DNA of 63,944 nt, filler included, from Octopus bimaculoides (Eukaryota): NCBI RefSeq assembly GCF_001194135.2. It is 6 parts of 6 records of this genome, joined end to end, with 100 filler letters (N's around TTAATTAATTAA, not from the genome) between each part and the next. Parts side by side here need not be neighbours in the genome. Positions count along the whole stretch, not along the records: positions 62,599 to 63,944 come from NC_069002.1; 5 more parts are not named here. One strand, given 5' to 3'. Position numbers and translations under genes: made by a program. Shown in pieces: positions 63,131 to 63,944 of the stretch. Under the pieces are notes generated by a model that did no database searches, was not told the origin of the DNA, and saw only the letters and a program-made list of their open reading frames with translations. Every line of letters begins with the position of its first letter. The stretch's first letter is position 1.

Positions 63131-63748
63131 TCAAGCAGGAGAACCCAGATGTGACAGCAAAGTAGAGCACACATTCATTCTCTGTGCGCGATTAGACTTG
63201 GAAAGTTTGTGAGGAACCCATTGACCCAATTTGCTGACTTTTCCAATGGCAGGCAGGTGTCAATGAATGGTTGAATGACCAAATCCAAGCTTCTCTGCTA
63301 GTTCCTCAACAGTTATGATGGGATTTTGTTCTACCAGGGTTTGCAGGACATTCTTGTCAAGCTCTACAAATCTTCCAAAATGAGACACATCTTCTAGGCT
63401 CTAGTTTCTGGCTCAGAATTTCTGGAACCACTGTTGACACTGGCTTATACTTATTGTCCGATCCCCATGTACTGTATTAATATTCCTTGCATTTTCCATT
63501 ATGTTGTTGCCTTTATTGAACTCATAAAGCAAAATATGCCAAATATGTTCCTTTGCCAATTCCATTATAGCTTTGAAAAAATAACTGTTAAAATCGATCT
63601 GCACTCTTCAAAACTCGCACTAAGAATAAGTACAAGGTAAAATTACTACCTGATTTTATAGCAAGTTGATGCAGGTAGTTTATCCCATCCCCCTCTGACT
63701 AGTTCACGCAATTGAAAAAAAACGCATTATTTATGGGATGACCCAATA
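63130..63748 (-). mobile_element. mariner 5' half with left TIR
   Basis: End TA-TTGGGTCATCCCATAAATAATGCG; KEHIWHILLYEFNKG...WFQKF...EELAEKLGFGHSTIH...GQWVPHKL. Confidence 0.85.
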
Positions 63749-63867
63749 CATACATATATATCTACATACATACATACACATACATACATATATATATATA
63801 CACATACATATATATACACACACATATATATATACATACATACATACAAATACACACACATATATAT

Positions 63868-63944
<77 letters not shown>
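63749..63944. repeat. (TA)n/(CA)n microsatellite
   Basis: Directly visible. Confidence 0.97.

Overview
AT-rich, microsatellite-dense, gapped eukaryotic DNA. The SINE and LINE families look like those of a coleoid cephalopod (Octopus-like); this is an inference from sequence recognition, not a database result. One host gene is well supported: five consecutive, phase-compatible minus-strand exons (46640-51530) of an M14A zinc carboxypeptidase (CPA/CPB-like), whose 5' exons and last exon are not visible. One or two orphan plus-strand exon candidates also occur. The rest is mostly transposon remnants: nested hAT/piggyBac/TIR-less insertions (1.6-8.2 kb), a boundary-intact 3.4-kb hAT inside a LINE, RTE, R4-like, CR1-like and Tx1/L1-like LINEs, Penelope-like fragments, a Gypsy integrase plus LTR, pogo, mariner and several SINEs. 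Most worth a second look: three different minimal type I hammerhead-ribozyme-like motifs in Penelope-type terminal repeats, a piggyBac composite made of two inverted copies, a hAT derivative with twin inward-facing octamer+CCAAT cassettes, and a ~150-bp near-perfect hairpin in a carboxypeptidase intron. No new protein system is demonstrable from this window alone. Boundaries described as approximate are good to tens of bases.
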